From: an uncultured Solirubrobacteraceae bacterium
Lineage (GTDB): Bacteria; Actinomycetota; Thermoleophilia; Solirubrobacterales; Solirubrobacteraceae
Reading direction: 5' to 3'
NCBI GenBank assembly: GCA_963753235.1
Contig: CAVWBJ010000001.1
Coordinates: forward strand, 499,917-563,916
DNA length: 64,000 bases
The notes beneath the pieces are model-generated. The model was not told where the DNA came from. It ran no database searches and was given only the letters and a program-made list of their open reading frames with translations. Numbering within the stretch: position 1 is the stretch's first letter; each line of letters begins with the position of its first letter. The translations under genes and the position numbers were made by a program. Below are positions 54,825-63,336 of this stretch, piece by piece.

Positions 54825-54908
54825 GGGGGCCGGCACCGCCCGTCCAGGGAACGGTGCCGACCCTGCCTCGGCTCGACGTGTTGTACGTGCGATCCGCGGA
54901 GGATGCGT

Positions 54909-55532
54909 CTAATGCATCCGCGGGTCGACGAACACATCGTCGATCTCTGACCTGCCGGTCAGCGCGGTGAAGCGCAGCGCCACCTGCGTGGTCCCCTTCG
55001 ACAGAGCCCCGGTGACCACGGATGCGGTGAGCATCGGCAGCGACGGCGCCCAGTTCCCGCTCAGCGCGACCGCGCCCACGGGCACGGCCACCTGGCCCAG
55101 CAGCGGGAGCCGGTAGACGACCGACACCAGCATCGTCGACAGCAGACCCTGATTCCGCCCAAAGAAGCGGAAGGTGGGGTAGGCGGCGTCAACACAGGTG
55201 AACGGCGACTGGGCGGATCCCCCGGCCGGGATCTGGACCGACGCCGCCCCGACCGAGCCGGCGGCGCCGAACGGCTCGCTGCCGCCGACGATCCGGGCTC
55301 CGCCGGCCAATGTCCAGCCCGCGGATCCGGTCTCAAAGGACCCACCGGGGACCAGCTTGTACTGGGAGGTGTCTCCCCACGGCGCAAACGGTTGTGTCAG
55401 CGCCGCGTTATCGCACGCGTCGGTCGAGATGATCGCCGCGTGCGCGCTCGTCCCGGACAGGACGAAGACCCCCAGGGCTGCCGCGGCGGCGGCGAGGATC
55501 CGGGTGTGACGGCTGAAAAGGCCCAGCAACAT
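54909..55532 (-). CDS. Secreted protein of unknown function (possible jelly-roll/CBM-like fold) under riboswitch control
   Basis: 207 aa with signal peptide MLLGLFSRHTRILAAAAAALGVFVLSGTSAHA. GGSFETGSAGWTLAGG resembles the first strand of galactose-binding/CBM4_9-type sandwiches. ATG 55532 is preceded by GGAAGG. Confidence 0.65.
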   Translation of the reverse strand: MLLGLFSRHTRILAAAAAALGVFVLSGTSAHAAIISTDACDNAALTQPFAPWGDTSQYKLVPGGSFETGSAGWTLAGGARIVGGSEPFGAAGSVGAASVQIPAGGSAQSPFTCVDAAYPTFRFFGRNQGLLSTMLVSVVYRLPLLGQVAVPVGAVALSGNWAPSLPMLTASVVTGALSKGTTQVALRFTALTGRSEIDDVFVDPRMH

Positions 55533-55554
55533 ACGTACGCACCTTCCGTGGTGT

Positions 55555-55650
55555 GTAATGGCAGCCGAGCTATCTCGCGGGTTTCAGCCCTGAGACCTCT
55601 AGCTTTGCGTCCCTGGCTCACGCCAGGTTTGCCCTTTTCAGGTTGATCGA
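55555..55650 (-). promoter_or_regulatory. c-di-GMP-I (GEMM-I) riboswitch aptamer in the 5' leader of 54909..55532
   Basis: The minus-strand RNA is CAACCUGAAAAGGGCAAACCUGGCGUGAGCCAGGGACGCAAAGCUAGAGGUCUCAGGGCUGAAACCCGCGAGAUAGCUCGGCUGCCAUUAC. It contains GGGCAAACC, a 6-bp hairpin with GNRA loop GUGA, GGGACGCAAAGC, a P3-like stem, and AGCUCGGCUGCC, colinear with the Vc2-type aptamer core as I recall it. Confidence 0.8.
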
Positions 55651-55789
55651 TGACCCTGTGATCGGTCTGTTAGAGCCGTCAATCCAGAGTGACCCGCTGG
55701 GGCTCGACGCATGTTCGACGCCCTCACCCGTCCGAATCCCCTGGGCGCCCCTATAGATCCAGGGGATCGGCGCCGATAGTGCGCGCAGG

Positions 55790-57178
55790 ATGACGATGGA
55801 GCCAAGCTTCGAGGAGCAGGAGATCCTCGCCGATAAGCGTCGCCGCGTGCGCCGCCGCCTCACCGTGCGCGAGGTGGTGGCGGAGCTGCTGGTGGGACCT
55901 GGCTTCTTCGTCTGCATCGCTCTGCTGTGGTGGATCCAGCCGCCCCAGCACGTCGATCTCACCGCCGCCATCTACTGCGTGGCGGTCATGGTCCTGGCCA
56001 CGCGCGTCCTGTTTGAGACCCCGCTCGGATTCACGGTTGCCACCCAGCTGGCGTTCGTGCCGATGCTGTTCGCGTTGCCGCTGGCGGTGGTGCCGCTGGC
56101 GTTCGCCGGCGCCCTGGGGCTGTCGGCACTCAAGGACGTGGTGGCGGGGCACCAGCGGCCGATCACGCTGCTGCGCGTTCCCGGCAACTCTTGGTCGGCG
56201 ATCTTCCCCTGTCTGGTGTTTGCGATCGCCGGCCTGGCCCCCTCCCATGCCGGCGCGGCGCTGGTGGTGGCGGCGCTGGCCGCTCAGTTCGTCGGCGACT
56301 TCGTGGTATCCGCGCTGTACTTTGGGATCGCGCAGCGGGCCGGGTTGCGGGCCCAGCTGCGTGACAGCTGGGTGTACCTGATCGACGCCGGCCTCTCCGG
56401 GGTGGCCCTGGCCGTCGCCGAGGAGATGCACGGGGCCCCCTACGCCGTCCTGGCCATGGTGCCGCTGCTGGGGCTGCTGGCCATGTTCGCCCGGGAGCGC
56501 CGAGGCCGGCTGGGCAACCTGCTGGAGCTCAACGAGACCTACCGGGGCACCGCGCTCCTGCTCGGTGACGTCATCTCCCATGACGACGGCTACACCGGCG
56601 AGCACTCCCAGGACGTGGTCGGCCTGGCCCTGGCGGTGGGCGAGCAGCTGGGGCTGGATGCCGAGCGCCGGCGTGACCTGGAGTTCGGCGCGCTCCTGCA
56701 CGATGTGGGCAAGATCGCCATCCCGAAGGCGATCGTCAACAAGCCGGGCAAGCTTGACCCGGACGAGTGGGAGCTGATGAAGACCCACAGCACCGAGGGC
56801 GAGCGCATGCTCAACCAGGTCGGCGGCTTCATGCGCGAGGTGGGCCAGATCGTCCGTTCCCACCATGAGCGCTGGGACGGCGGCGGCTATCCCGACGGCC
56901 TGGCCGGCGTCGCCATCACCCTGGAGGCGCGCATCATCACCTGCTGTGACAGCTGGAACGCGATGCGCACCGACCGGCCGTACCGGCCCGCCATGTCATA
57001 TCAGGCGGCCATGGCCGAGCTGCTCGGCAACGCCGGGACCCAGTTCGACCCTGACGTGGTGCGGGCGGTGGTGGCGGTGGTCTCGGCGACCGAGCGCCGG
57101 ACCGCCGAGCCGTCACCGGCCGAGGTCGACAGCCAGCCGGTGGCTGGCTACGCCACCGCCGTTCCGGTCGGGAGCTAG
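55790..57178 (+). CDS. Membrane-anchored HD-GYP domain protein (putative c-di-GMP phosphodiesterase), second copy
   Basis: The N-terminus is multi-TM. It then has HSQDVVGLA, LLHDVGKIAIP, HHERWDGGGYPDGL and CDSWNAMRTDRPYR. Confidence 0.85.
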   Translation: MTMEPSFEEQEILADKRRRVRRRLTVREVVAELLVGPGFFVCIALLWWIQPPQHVDLTAAIYCVAVMVLATRVLFETPLGFTVATQLAFVPMLFALPLAVVPLAFAGALGLSALKDVVAGHQRPITLLRVPGNSWSAIFPCLVFAIAGLAPSHAGAALVVAALAAQFVGDFVVSALYFGIAQRAGLRAQLRDSWVYLIDAGLSGVALAVAEEMHGAPYAVLAMVPLLGLLAMFARERRGRLGNLLELNETYRGTALLLGDVISHDDGYTGEHSQDVVGLALAVGEQLGLDAERRRDLEFGALLHDVGKIAIPKAIVNKPGKLDPDEWELMKTHSTEGERMLNQVGGFMREVGQIVRSHHERWDGGGYPDGLAGVAITLEARIITCCDSWNAMRTDRPYRPAMSYQAAMAELLGNAGTQFDPDVVRAVVAVVSATERRTAEPSPAEVDSQPVAGYATAVPVGS

Positions 57179-60100
57179 GCCGCTTCCTCGGCGTCGGCAG
57201 CCGCGCGGGTGCGGCTCCGGGTCCGCCGGGGGCGCTTGATCTCAGCGGGCTGCTCGGCCGGCGCCGACTCGGCGTCCGTTACCGGCTTGGTGGCGGTCAG
57301 CTCAGGCGACGGGGCGGTGTCGGCCGGTTTGGAGGGGGTGCGCCGGCGGGGGCTGGGCTTGGGCTTGGCCGGGGCCTTGGTCCGCGGCTGGGCGGCCGGC
57401 TTGGTCCGCGGGCGGCGGGTCGGCTTCTTGACCGGTTCGTCGGCGGCTGGTTTGCCGGTGGCGGCTGCGTCGGTGGGCTGCTCGGCGGCGCCGGGGACCT
57501 GGCCCGTCGACCCCTCCTGGGCGGCGTTCTCCGGGGCGGTTCCGTTCGTCGCCGGCGCCTTCCCGGTGTTGCCACCGTCGGGCTCCTCGGCCTCGTCGAC
57601 CTCGTCGGCTCCGTCGATCCCGTCGGCCTCCTCGGCCCCGGTCTCGGCCACCTCCAAGGTCGTCTGCTCGGTCTCCGGGGCGCCGTTGGCGTCGCCTCCG
57701 GCCGCCGCTCCCGTCTTGCGCCGCCGGCGCTTGGAGCCCCGGCGGCCCTTGGGGAAGTTGCGCAGCAGTTCCCGGGCCAGCGCGGCCGGCTTGCGGGCCA
57801 TGCGGGTCCGGGCGCCGCGCAGCGCCTCCTCGGCCTCCGGCGTGTGGGCGAGCGCCGCCGCCAGCAGCGCCGCCGACAGCCGCCGGTCCTCCTTGCGCGA
57901 GGCGTGCACCAGCCGCCGGGCGTTGCGAGCGTGGGCTGAGCCGGACGAGTTGACGAGCAGCCCGAGCAACCGCTTGGTCTCCGGCCAGCGCTGCACCGCG
58001 TACTCCTCGTGGACCTCGCGGGTGTACTCGGCCATCCGCCAGATCCAGGCGTTGGCCTGATCCCGGCGTCCGATCCGGCGCTCGGCCAGGGCCTGCAGCA
58101 TGATCTTCACGCCCTCGCGGCGTTCGTCGCGGGGCCAGCCGCCCATGATGTCGATGGCGGTGTCAAACGCCTCGGCATCGCGGCTGGCGGAGATCTCCTG
58201 GAGGGCCCGAAGGCGCAGCTGGGCGTTGCGGTTGCGCTGGACCGCGGTGAGCAGGAAGCGGCGCTTGAGCTCGCCGCCACGGTCGAAGTGGAGCATCGCC
58301 TTGGCCCGGCGCCAGCCGTTGGGGGCCACCCGGGCTCCCGCCAGCGCCGCCCACACGTGCTGCTCGCCGTAGTCGAGGTGCTCGACGGCGATCCGCCACA
58401 GCTCACGCTCAAACACCTCGGCCCGCCGGTCCGGATCCGGCGTGACCGGCAGCACCCGGCGTTCCACCCGGACCCGGCGGCCCCGGCCGCGGCGCACCGG
58501 TCCGACCACAATCGCGCCGCCGCGGTAGACGTCGCGGTCCAGCAGCGAATGGAGGGTGACGACCGGATCGTCGTGCTTGGTCGCCGGGTGGACGAAGTCG
58601 ATGACGATCCCGGCCTCCTTGCCCGGATGGCGGCGGGTGACGCGGCCGACGCGCTGCTGGTAGATGCGCTTGGACGCGGTGGGCGCCAGGTGCATGCAGA
58701 TGGTGGCCCGGGGGCTGTTCCAGCCCTCGGCCAGCAGCTGGGCGTTGACGAGCACGTCGACCTTGCCGGACTCATAGTCGGCCAGGACCCGGGCCAGCTC
58801 GCGCTTCGGCGTCTCCCCGGAGACCGCCTTGGCCTTGATGCCGAGATCCCGGAAGGCCTGGGCGACGTTGTAGGCGTGCTTGACGCCGGCGGCGTAGACA
58901 ACGCCGGGCACACCGTTGAAGCGGGTCTTGTACAGGTCGGCGATGGCCAGGTTGAACGGCGTCTGGTCCAGCAGCTCGGCCAGCATCTCCTGGTCGAACT
59001 CGGTGTCGACCTCGCCGCGGCGCAGCGGAACCTTGGCGATGGTGCGCACGCCCGGGCCGGGCGGGATGCGGATGCAGCGCAGCGGTGAGATCACCCCGCG
59101 GCGGGCGGCCTGGGCGAGGTCGAACCGGCTCGTCTGGGTGGGGAAGAGATCGGTGACGTGGCGGGCGATCAGCGCGCCGGTGGCGGTCATGCCGACGAAG
59201 ATGGGTCCGGCCCAGCCCCGGATCGCCGCCGAGGTCTTCTCCCCCAGCGCGGTGTGGGCCTCGTCACAGATGACGATGGTGTAGGCGTCGGAGATCCGGC
59301 CGGCGTTGCGGACAAACCACTGGTAGGTCTCCACCGTCACCGGGCCGTTGGCGGAGTCATGGTCGTCCAGCAGCGGCCCGCTGATCCGATCCCGGTAGCC
59401 GCGGTCGCGCAGCTCGCCGTGGAACTGGTCGACCAGGTTGCGCCGGTGGGTGAGGATCAGGACACCGCCCGTCCGCGAGGCTTCGACAAAACCGAGCGCC
59501 GCCACCGTCTTGCCGGCTCCGGTGGCGTGCTCAAACCAGAAGCGCTTGGCGGCGTTGGGATCCTCCGGCTGCTCTTCCAGCTGGCCCTCGTCCTCGTCGG
59601 CGTCATGCCAATCCTGAGGTTCCTCGTCGGGATCCTCGTCCTCGTCGACCTCGGCCTCATCCTCCAGGTCCTCGTCCTCGCCCCCCAGGCCGTCGTCGTC
59701 CTCGTCCTCGTCCTCGTCGGCGGCGCTGTCGTTCCCGGCGGCGCTGTCGTCGGCGTCGGCGGATGTGCCGTTGCGACCGACCGGCGGGCTCGCCTTGGGG
59801 GTGGCCGCCCGGATCGCCGCCGTCGCGGCCTCGCCGCCGCCGTTGGCGCCGGCGACGCCGTTGCTCCCGTTCGCGCGCTGAGTCTCGGCCAGCAGCGCGG
59901 TCAGGGTGCCGGACAGGGCGTCGACCTGGTGGGCGGAGAGCACGGTTCCGTCGACCAGGTGGGGCTCCTCCTCCGACAGCAGGCGCTCCAGCCCGAGCAG
60001 GAGGGAGTACTGGCGGCGCCACTCAATGGAGGGCGTCTTGCGGTCGGCCTCCACCTCGGCGACGGCAGCATCAAGCGCCCGGCGGCGGGGTGAGCCGGGA

Positions 60101-60207
60101 GCGAGTGCCTCCTCGAGCGTTTCGCCGTCGTAGACGAACCGCTCACGCGTCAGCAACTCAGCACGCGCAATCGCGTCAGGGCTGGGAAAGGGGGTGGTCA
60201 CACCCAT
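57175..60207 (-). CDS. Large SF2 helicase (DEAH, type III restriction Res-subunit-like core) with a poly-acidic insert and a Lys/Pro/Ala-rich basic tail
   Basis: 1010 aa with motif I HATGAGKT, motif II VICDEAH, motif III GMTATG and motif VI QQRVGRVTRR. An acidic tract covers roughly aa 151-217, and the C-terminal ~190 aa are low complexity, ending in KKPTRRPRTKPAAQPRTKAPAKPKPSPRRR. Confidence 0.85.
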   Translation of the reverse strand: MGVTTPFPSPDAIARAELLTRERFVYDGETLEEALAPGSPRRRALDAAVAEVEADRKTPSIEWRRQYSLLLGLERLLSEEEPHLVDGTVLSAHQVDALSGTLTALLAETQRANGSNGVAGANGGGEAATAAIRAATPKASPPVGRNGTSADADDSAAGNDSAADEDEDEDDDGLGGEDEDLEDEAEVDEDEDPDEEPQDWHDADEDEGQLEEQPEDPNAAKRFWFEHATGAGKTVAALGFVEASRTGGVLILTHRRNLVDQFHGELRDRGYRDRISGPLLDDHDSANGPVTVETYQWFVRNAGRISDAYTIVICDEAHTALGEKTSAAIRGWAGPIFVGMTATGALIARHVTDLFPTQTSRFDLAQAARRGVISPLRCIRIPPGPGVRTIAKVPLRRGEVDTEFDQEMLAELLDQTPFNLAIADLYKTRFNGVPGVVYAAGVKHAYNVAQAFRDLGIKAKAVSGETPKRELARVLADYESGKVDVLVNAQLLAEGWNSPRATICMHLAPTASKRIYQQRVGRVTRRHPGKEAGIVIDFVHPATKHDDPVVTLHSLLDRDVYRGGAIVVGPVRRGRGRRVRVERRVLPVTPDPDRRAEVFERELWRIAVEHLDYGEQHVWAALAGARVAPNGWRRAKAMLHFDRGGELKRRFLLTAVQRNRNAQLRLRALQEISASRDAEAFDTAIDIMGGWPRDERREGVKIMLQALAERRIGRRDQANAWIWRMAEYTREVHEEYAVQRWPETKRLLGLLVNSSGSAHARNARRLVHASRKEDRRLSAALLAAALAHTPEAEEALRGARTRMARKPAALARELLRNFPKGRRGSKRRRRKTGAAAGGDANGAPETEQTTLEVAETGAEEADGIDGADEVDEAEEPDGGNTGKAPATNGTAPENAAQEGSTGQVPGAAEQPTDAAATGKPAADEPVKKPTRRPRTKPAAQPRTKAPAKPKPSPRRRTPSKPADTAPSPELTATKPVTDAESAPAEQPAEIKRPRRTRSRTRAAADAEEAA

Positions 60208-60400
60208 CGGTGGTTAGAACGTTGCGTCAGGATGAGAGAGCCGCAGCGTTACGACGTAGCGGCGCAGGCAGTCTCGGCATGATGAGGCCGAGCACAGCGA
60301 GAAGTCCTCAGAAGCGTCCCCCCGGCCTCGTGCCAAAAAGGATAGCGACTATTTAAGCAGATGCGATGGATGGGCTGTATGGCAAGCTGTCGGCTGTGAG

Positions 60401-60856
60401 GTGCCCGTCGCTATGACTGACGTTCTCGCCTACGAGGTTCGCCGGGTCAGCGGTGAGGAGGAGATGGCCGCCGCCCTGGAGCTTCGCCATGAGGTGTTCT
60501 GCGTGGAGCAGGGCGTCCCGATGCGTGAGGAGCTGGACGGCCGCGACGGCGAGGCGCTGCATCTGGTGGCCGTCGCCGACGGTGAGCTGCTCGCCACCTG
60601 CCGGCTGTTGTTCGTCGGTCCCACCGTCCAGTTCAGCCGGCTGGCCGTCCGCCAGGACGCGCGCCGGCAGGGCATCGCCACCGCCCTGTTGGAGCTCGCC
60701 GATGACGAGACCCGGGCCGGGGGCGCCCGGCGGCTGGTGCTCCACGCCCAGACGTATGCCCGCTCCCTGTACGACGCCGCCGGCTACCAGCCACGGGGCC
60801 GGATCTTCATGGAGGCGGGGATCGAGCACATCGCCATGGAGAAGCACCTCTCCTGA
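60401..60856 (+). CDS. GNAT-family N-acetyltransferase
   Basis: RHEVFCVEQGVP, SRLAVRQDARRQGIATALL (the Q/RxxGxG/A acetyl-CoA site) and YARSLYDAAGY are present. The start is either 60401 (GTG) or 60413 (ATG). Confidence 0.85.
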   Translation: MPVAMTDVLAYEVRRVSGEEEMAAALELRHEVFCVEQGVPMREELDGRDGEALHLVAVADGELLATCRLLFVGPTVQFSRLAVRQDARRQGIATALLELADDETRAGGARRLVLHAQTYARSLYDAAGYQPRGRIFMEAGIEHIAMEKHLS

Positions 60857-60888
60857 TCGCCTCCCCGCGTTCCGGGTAGGACACCGCG

Positions 60889-61869
60889 GTGCCGGAGATC
60901 CGCATCGACCCGTTGACCGGCCTGCGGGCCATCATCGCTGACGGACGGGCCGAGCGCCCGGGCGCTCTCCCGGAGTGGCCGCCGATCCCGCCCCCGGACC
61001 CCGGTTCGGATCCGTTTGCCGAGGGGAACGAGGCGCAGACCCCGCCGGAGCTGTTCGCCGTGCGGGCGGAGGGGGGCGCGCCGGATGGCCCGGGCTGGCG
61101 GGTCCGGGTGGTGCCCAACCGGTACCCGGCGCTCGATCCCCAGGCCCCGGAGCCGGAGCCGAGTGGCTCCCCGGACCTGTTCTGGGCCGGGCCGGCGCGG
61201 GGGGCCCATGAGGTCATCATCAACGCCCCGGACCCGGTCGCCACCCTCGGGGAGCTGGCGGTGGAGCAGGTGACCGCGGCCGTGGACGTCTGGCGGCTGC
61301 GGATGCAGGCGCATGCCGATGCCGCCTGCCGGCATCTGATCGTCAACGAGGGGGCGGCGGCGGGCTCATCGATCGCCCACACCCACGCCCAGCTGTTTGC
61401 CCTGGACTTCGTGCCCGCCGCGATCGCCCGGGAACGGGAGCGCTTCGGCGCCTACACCACCCGGACGATGGGCGGCAACCTCCTCGGCGACCTGCTCCAG
61501 CAGGAGGTCCGCCGCCGGGAGCGGCTGATCGCCGTCGATGCCGAGGCGGTGCTGCTGTCGCCCTACGGCAGCCGGGTGCCCTACCAGCTGATGATCGTGC
61601 CCCGGACCCCCCGGGTGCGGTTTGAGGACGACGGCCCCACCGCGGCCGCCCTGCTCCACGACGCCCTGGGTCGCCTCCGGCGCCGGTTCGGCACCAGCCC
61701 ACCGTTGAACCTGTGGGTGCGAACCGCCCCCCAGGGGGCCGAGCATTTCTGCTGGCGGATCGACATCCTGCCCCACGTGACCCATCTGGCCGGCTTTGAG
61801 CTGGGCACCGGCGTCGGGATCAACGTGGTGGCGCCGGAGCGGGCGGCCGCCGAGCTCCGGGACGCCTGA
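60889..61869 (+). CDS. GalT-family (HIT superfamily) hexose-1-phosphate nucleotidyltransferase/phosphorylase-like protein
   Basis: [25 protein letters not shown] and GAHEVII are present, with active-site HTHAQ (HxHxQ). The usual CxxC zinc site is replaced by DPFAEGNE. Confidence 0.8.
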   Translation: MPEIRIDPLTGLRAIIADGRAERPGALPEWPPIPPPDPGSDPFAEGNEAQTPPELFAVRAEGGAPDGPGWRVRVVPNRYPALDPQAPEPEPSGSPDLFWAGPARGAHEVIINAPDPVATLGELAVEQVTAAVDVWRLRMQAHADAACRHLIVNEGAAAGSSIAHTHAQLFALDFVPAAIARERERFGAYTTRTMGGNLLGDLLQQEVRRRERLIAVDAEAVLLSPYGSRVPYQLMIVPRTPRVRFEDDGPTAAALLHDALGRLRRRFGTSPPLNLWVRTAPQGAEHFCWRIDILPHVTHLAGFELGTGVGINVVAPERAAAELRDA

Positions 61870-62288
61870 TGCGCGCGCTGGTGCAGCGGGTCAGCCGGGC
61901 CTCGGTAGAGGTGGCCGGGGAGCGGGTGGCGGCCATCGGCCCCGGGCTGCTGGTGCTGCTGGGGGTGACCCACGGTGACGGCGAGGCCGAGGCGGTCTGG
62001 CTGGCCGACAAGGTCCGGGCGCTGCGCGTCTTCCCCGACGCCGAGGGCAAGATGAACGTGGCCCTGGGTGACCGCCCGGTGCTCTGCGTCAGCCAGTTCA
62101 CCCTGTACGGCGACACCCGGCGGGGCAACCGCCCCAGCTATGTGGCCGCGGCGCCGCCGGAGGTGGCCGAGCCGCTGTATGAGCGCTTCTGCGCGCTGCT
62201 GGATGCCCAGCGAGGCGTGTTTGGGGCCATGATGGCGGTGGAGCTCGTCAACGACGGGCCGGTGACGCTGCTGCTGGAGACGCGCTGA
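61869..62288 (+). CDS. dtd: D-aminoacyl-tRNA deacylase
   Basis: [22 protein letters not shown] and NDGPVT are present. The ATG overlaps the upstream TGA (TGATG). Confidence 0.92.
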   Translation: MRALVQRVSRASVEVAGERVAAIGPGLLVLLGVTHGDGEAEAVWLADKVRALRVFPDAEGKMNVALGDRPVLCVSQFTLYGDTRRGNRPSYVAAAPPEVAEPLYERFCALLDAQRGVFGAMMAVELVNDGPVTLLLETR

Positions 62289-62325
62289 GCGTCAGCGGAT
62301 TTCGAGGCGGCGGCCGGGCGCCGGG

Positions 62326-63063
62326 TCAGGCCGGGGCCGGCTGGCATCCGGCCCGGTGAAACAGCTCCCGGTCGTTGGTGATCACCCCGGTCACCCCGAG
62401 CTGCTCCAGCGCCACCAGCCGGGCGGGGTCGTCGACGGTCCACACGTACAGCTCGGCGTTCTGGGCCCGGACGGCGTCGACGAGGCGCTGGCTGACCACT
62501 CCCCAGTGGGCCATGATCGCGTCCGCCTCGCCGTTGCCGAGCACCCGCCTGACCTGGCCGGGGAGGGTCCGGCGCAGGTAGCTGAGCACGGCGTAGGCCG
62601 CCGGCCGGGTGAGGGGGTGGGCCAGGTAGTTGCGCCGGACCTTGGGCACCGACAGGCCGAGGCGCAGCTCAGGCGCGGCCTGGCGGAGCAGCGTGAGGCT
62701 GGAGGGCTCCATGGTGGAGACGAGCGTGCGCGGGATGAGGTCCAGCTCGCGCAGGGTGTCGAGGACCTCCCGCTCGTATCCGGTCGCCTTGATGTCGACG
62801 TCCAGTTCCACCGTGGCCGGCAGCAGCTCCCGGAGGTGGCGGAGGGCTTCGGCGAATGGGATCTGCTCCGGATGGGCGAGGTCGGTGGGGTCATGGGCGA
62901 CGACCAGCTCCCCGCGGTGGCGCAGGACATCAAGCTCCACCATGTCCCAGCTGGCGCCGGAGAGCTGGTGCTCCAGATCGGCCAGGCGGCCGCCGGCGGC
63001 CACGATGCTGTGGCCCACGCGGCGGACGCGCCCGGGCCCCGGCTGGGTGGTGGAGTGGGTCAT
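62326..63063 (-). CDS. Glycerophosphodiester phosphodiesterase-family protein
   Basis: VELDVL..GELVVAHD and YVWTVDD...GVTGVITND match the GDPD TIM-barrel blocks. The N-terminal HRG motif is degenerate (VGHS). ATG 63063 was chosen, as the track N-terminus lies in low-GC intergenic sequence. Confidence 0.7.
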   Translation of the reverse strand: MTHSTTQPGPGRVRRVGHSIVAAGGRLADLEHQLSGASWDMVELDVLRHRGELVVAHDPTDLAHPEQIPFAEALRHLRELLPATVELDVDIKATGYEREVLDTLRELDLIPRTLVSTMEPSSLTLLRQAAPELRLGLSVPKVRRNYLAHPLTRPAAYAVLSYLRRTLPGQVRRVLGNGEADAIMAHWGVVSQRLVDAVRAQNAELYVWTVDDPARLVALEQLGVTGVITNDRELFHRAGCQPAPA

Positions 63064-63206
63064 CGCCGTACATGATGGCGGGTGCGAACGTGGCGAATCC
63101 GTTCCGTGGCGACGCTGTCGCACAAACACGTGACCTTGTGCGAAGTTGACACGTGTGACGGGCGGGTCGACCACGCAAGCGGGCGGCCCGGACGAGAACT
63201 TCGCCA

Positions 63207-63251
63207 CTCTGAGGCAAAACCGGCCGAAACACGGCCGCTTTTGCCTCAGAG
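63207..63251. repeat. 45-nt near-perfect hairpin (20-bp arms, 1 mismatch, loop AAACA)
   Basis: CTCTGAGGCAAAACCGGCCG-AAACA-CGGCCGCTTTTGCCTCAGAG lies in the middle of a divergent, lower-GC 358-bp intergenic region. Confidence 0.7.
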
Positions 63252-63336
63252 TCGTCCCGTCTGCGCTGCGGACGTCGTGGGCACGCCTGGGCGAGCTCTC
63301 CCATTTGTCACTTCGCGATAACGAGGAGGTTGCCTG

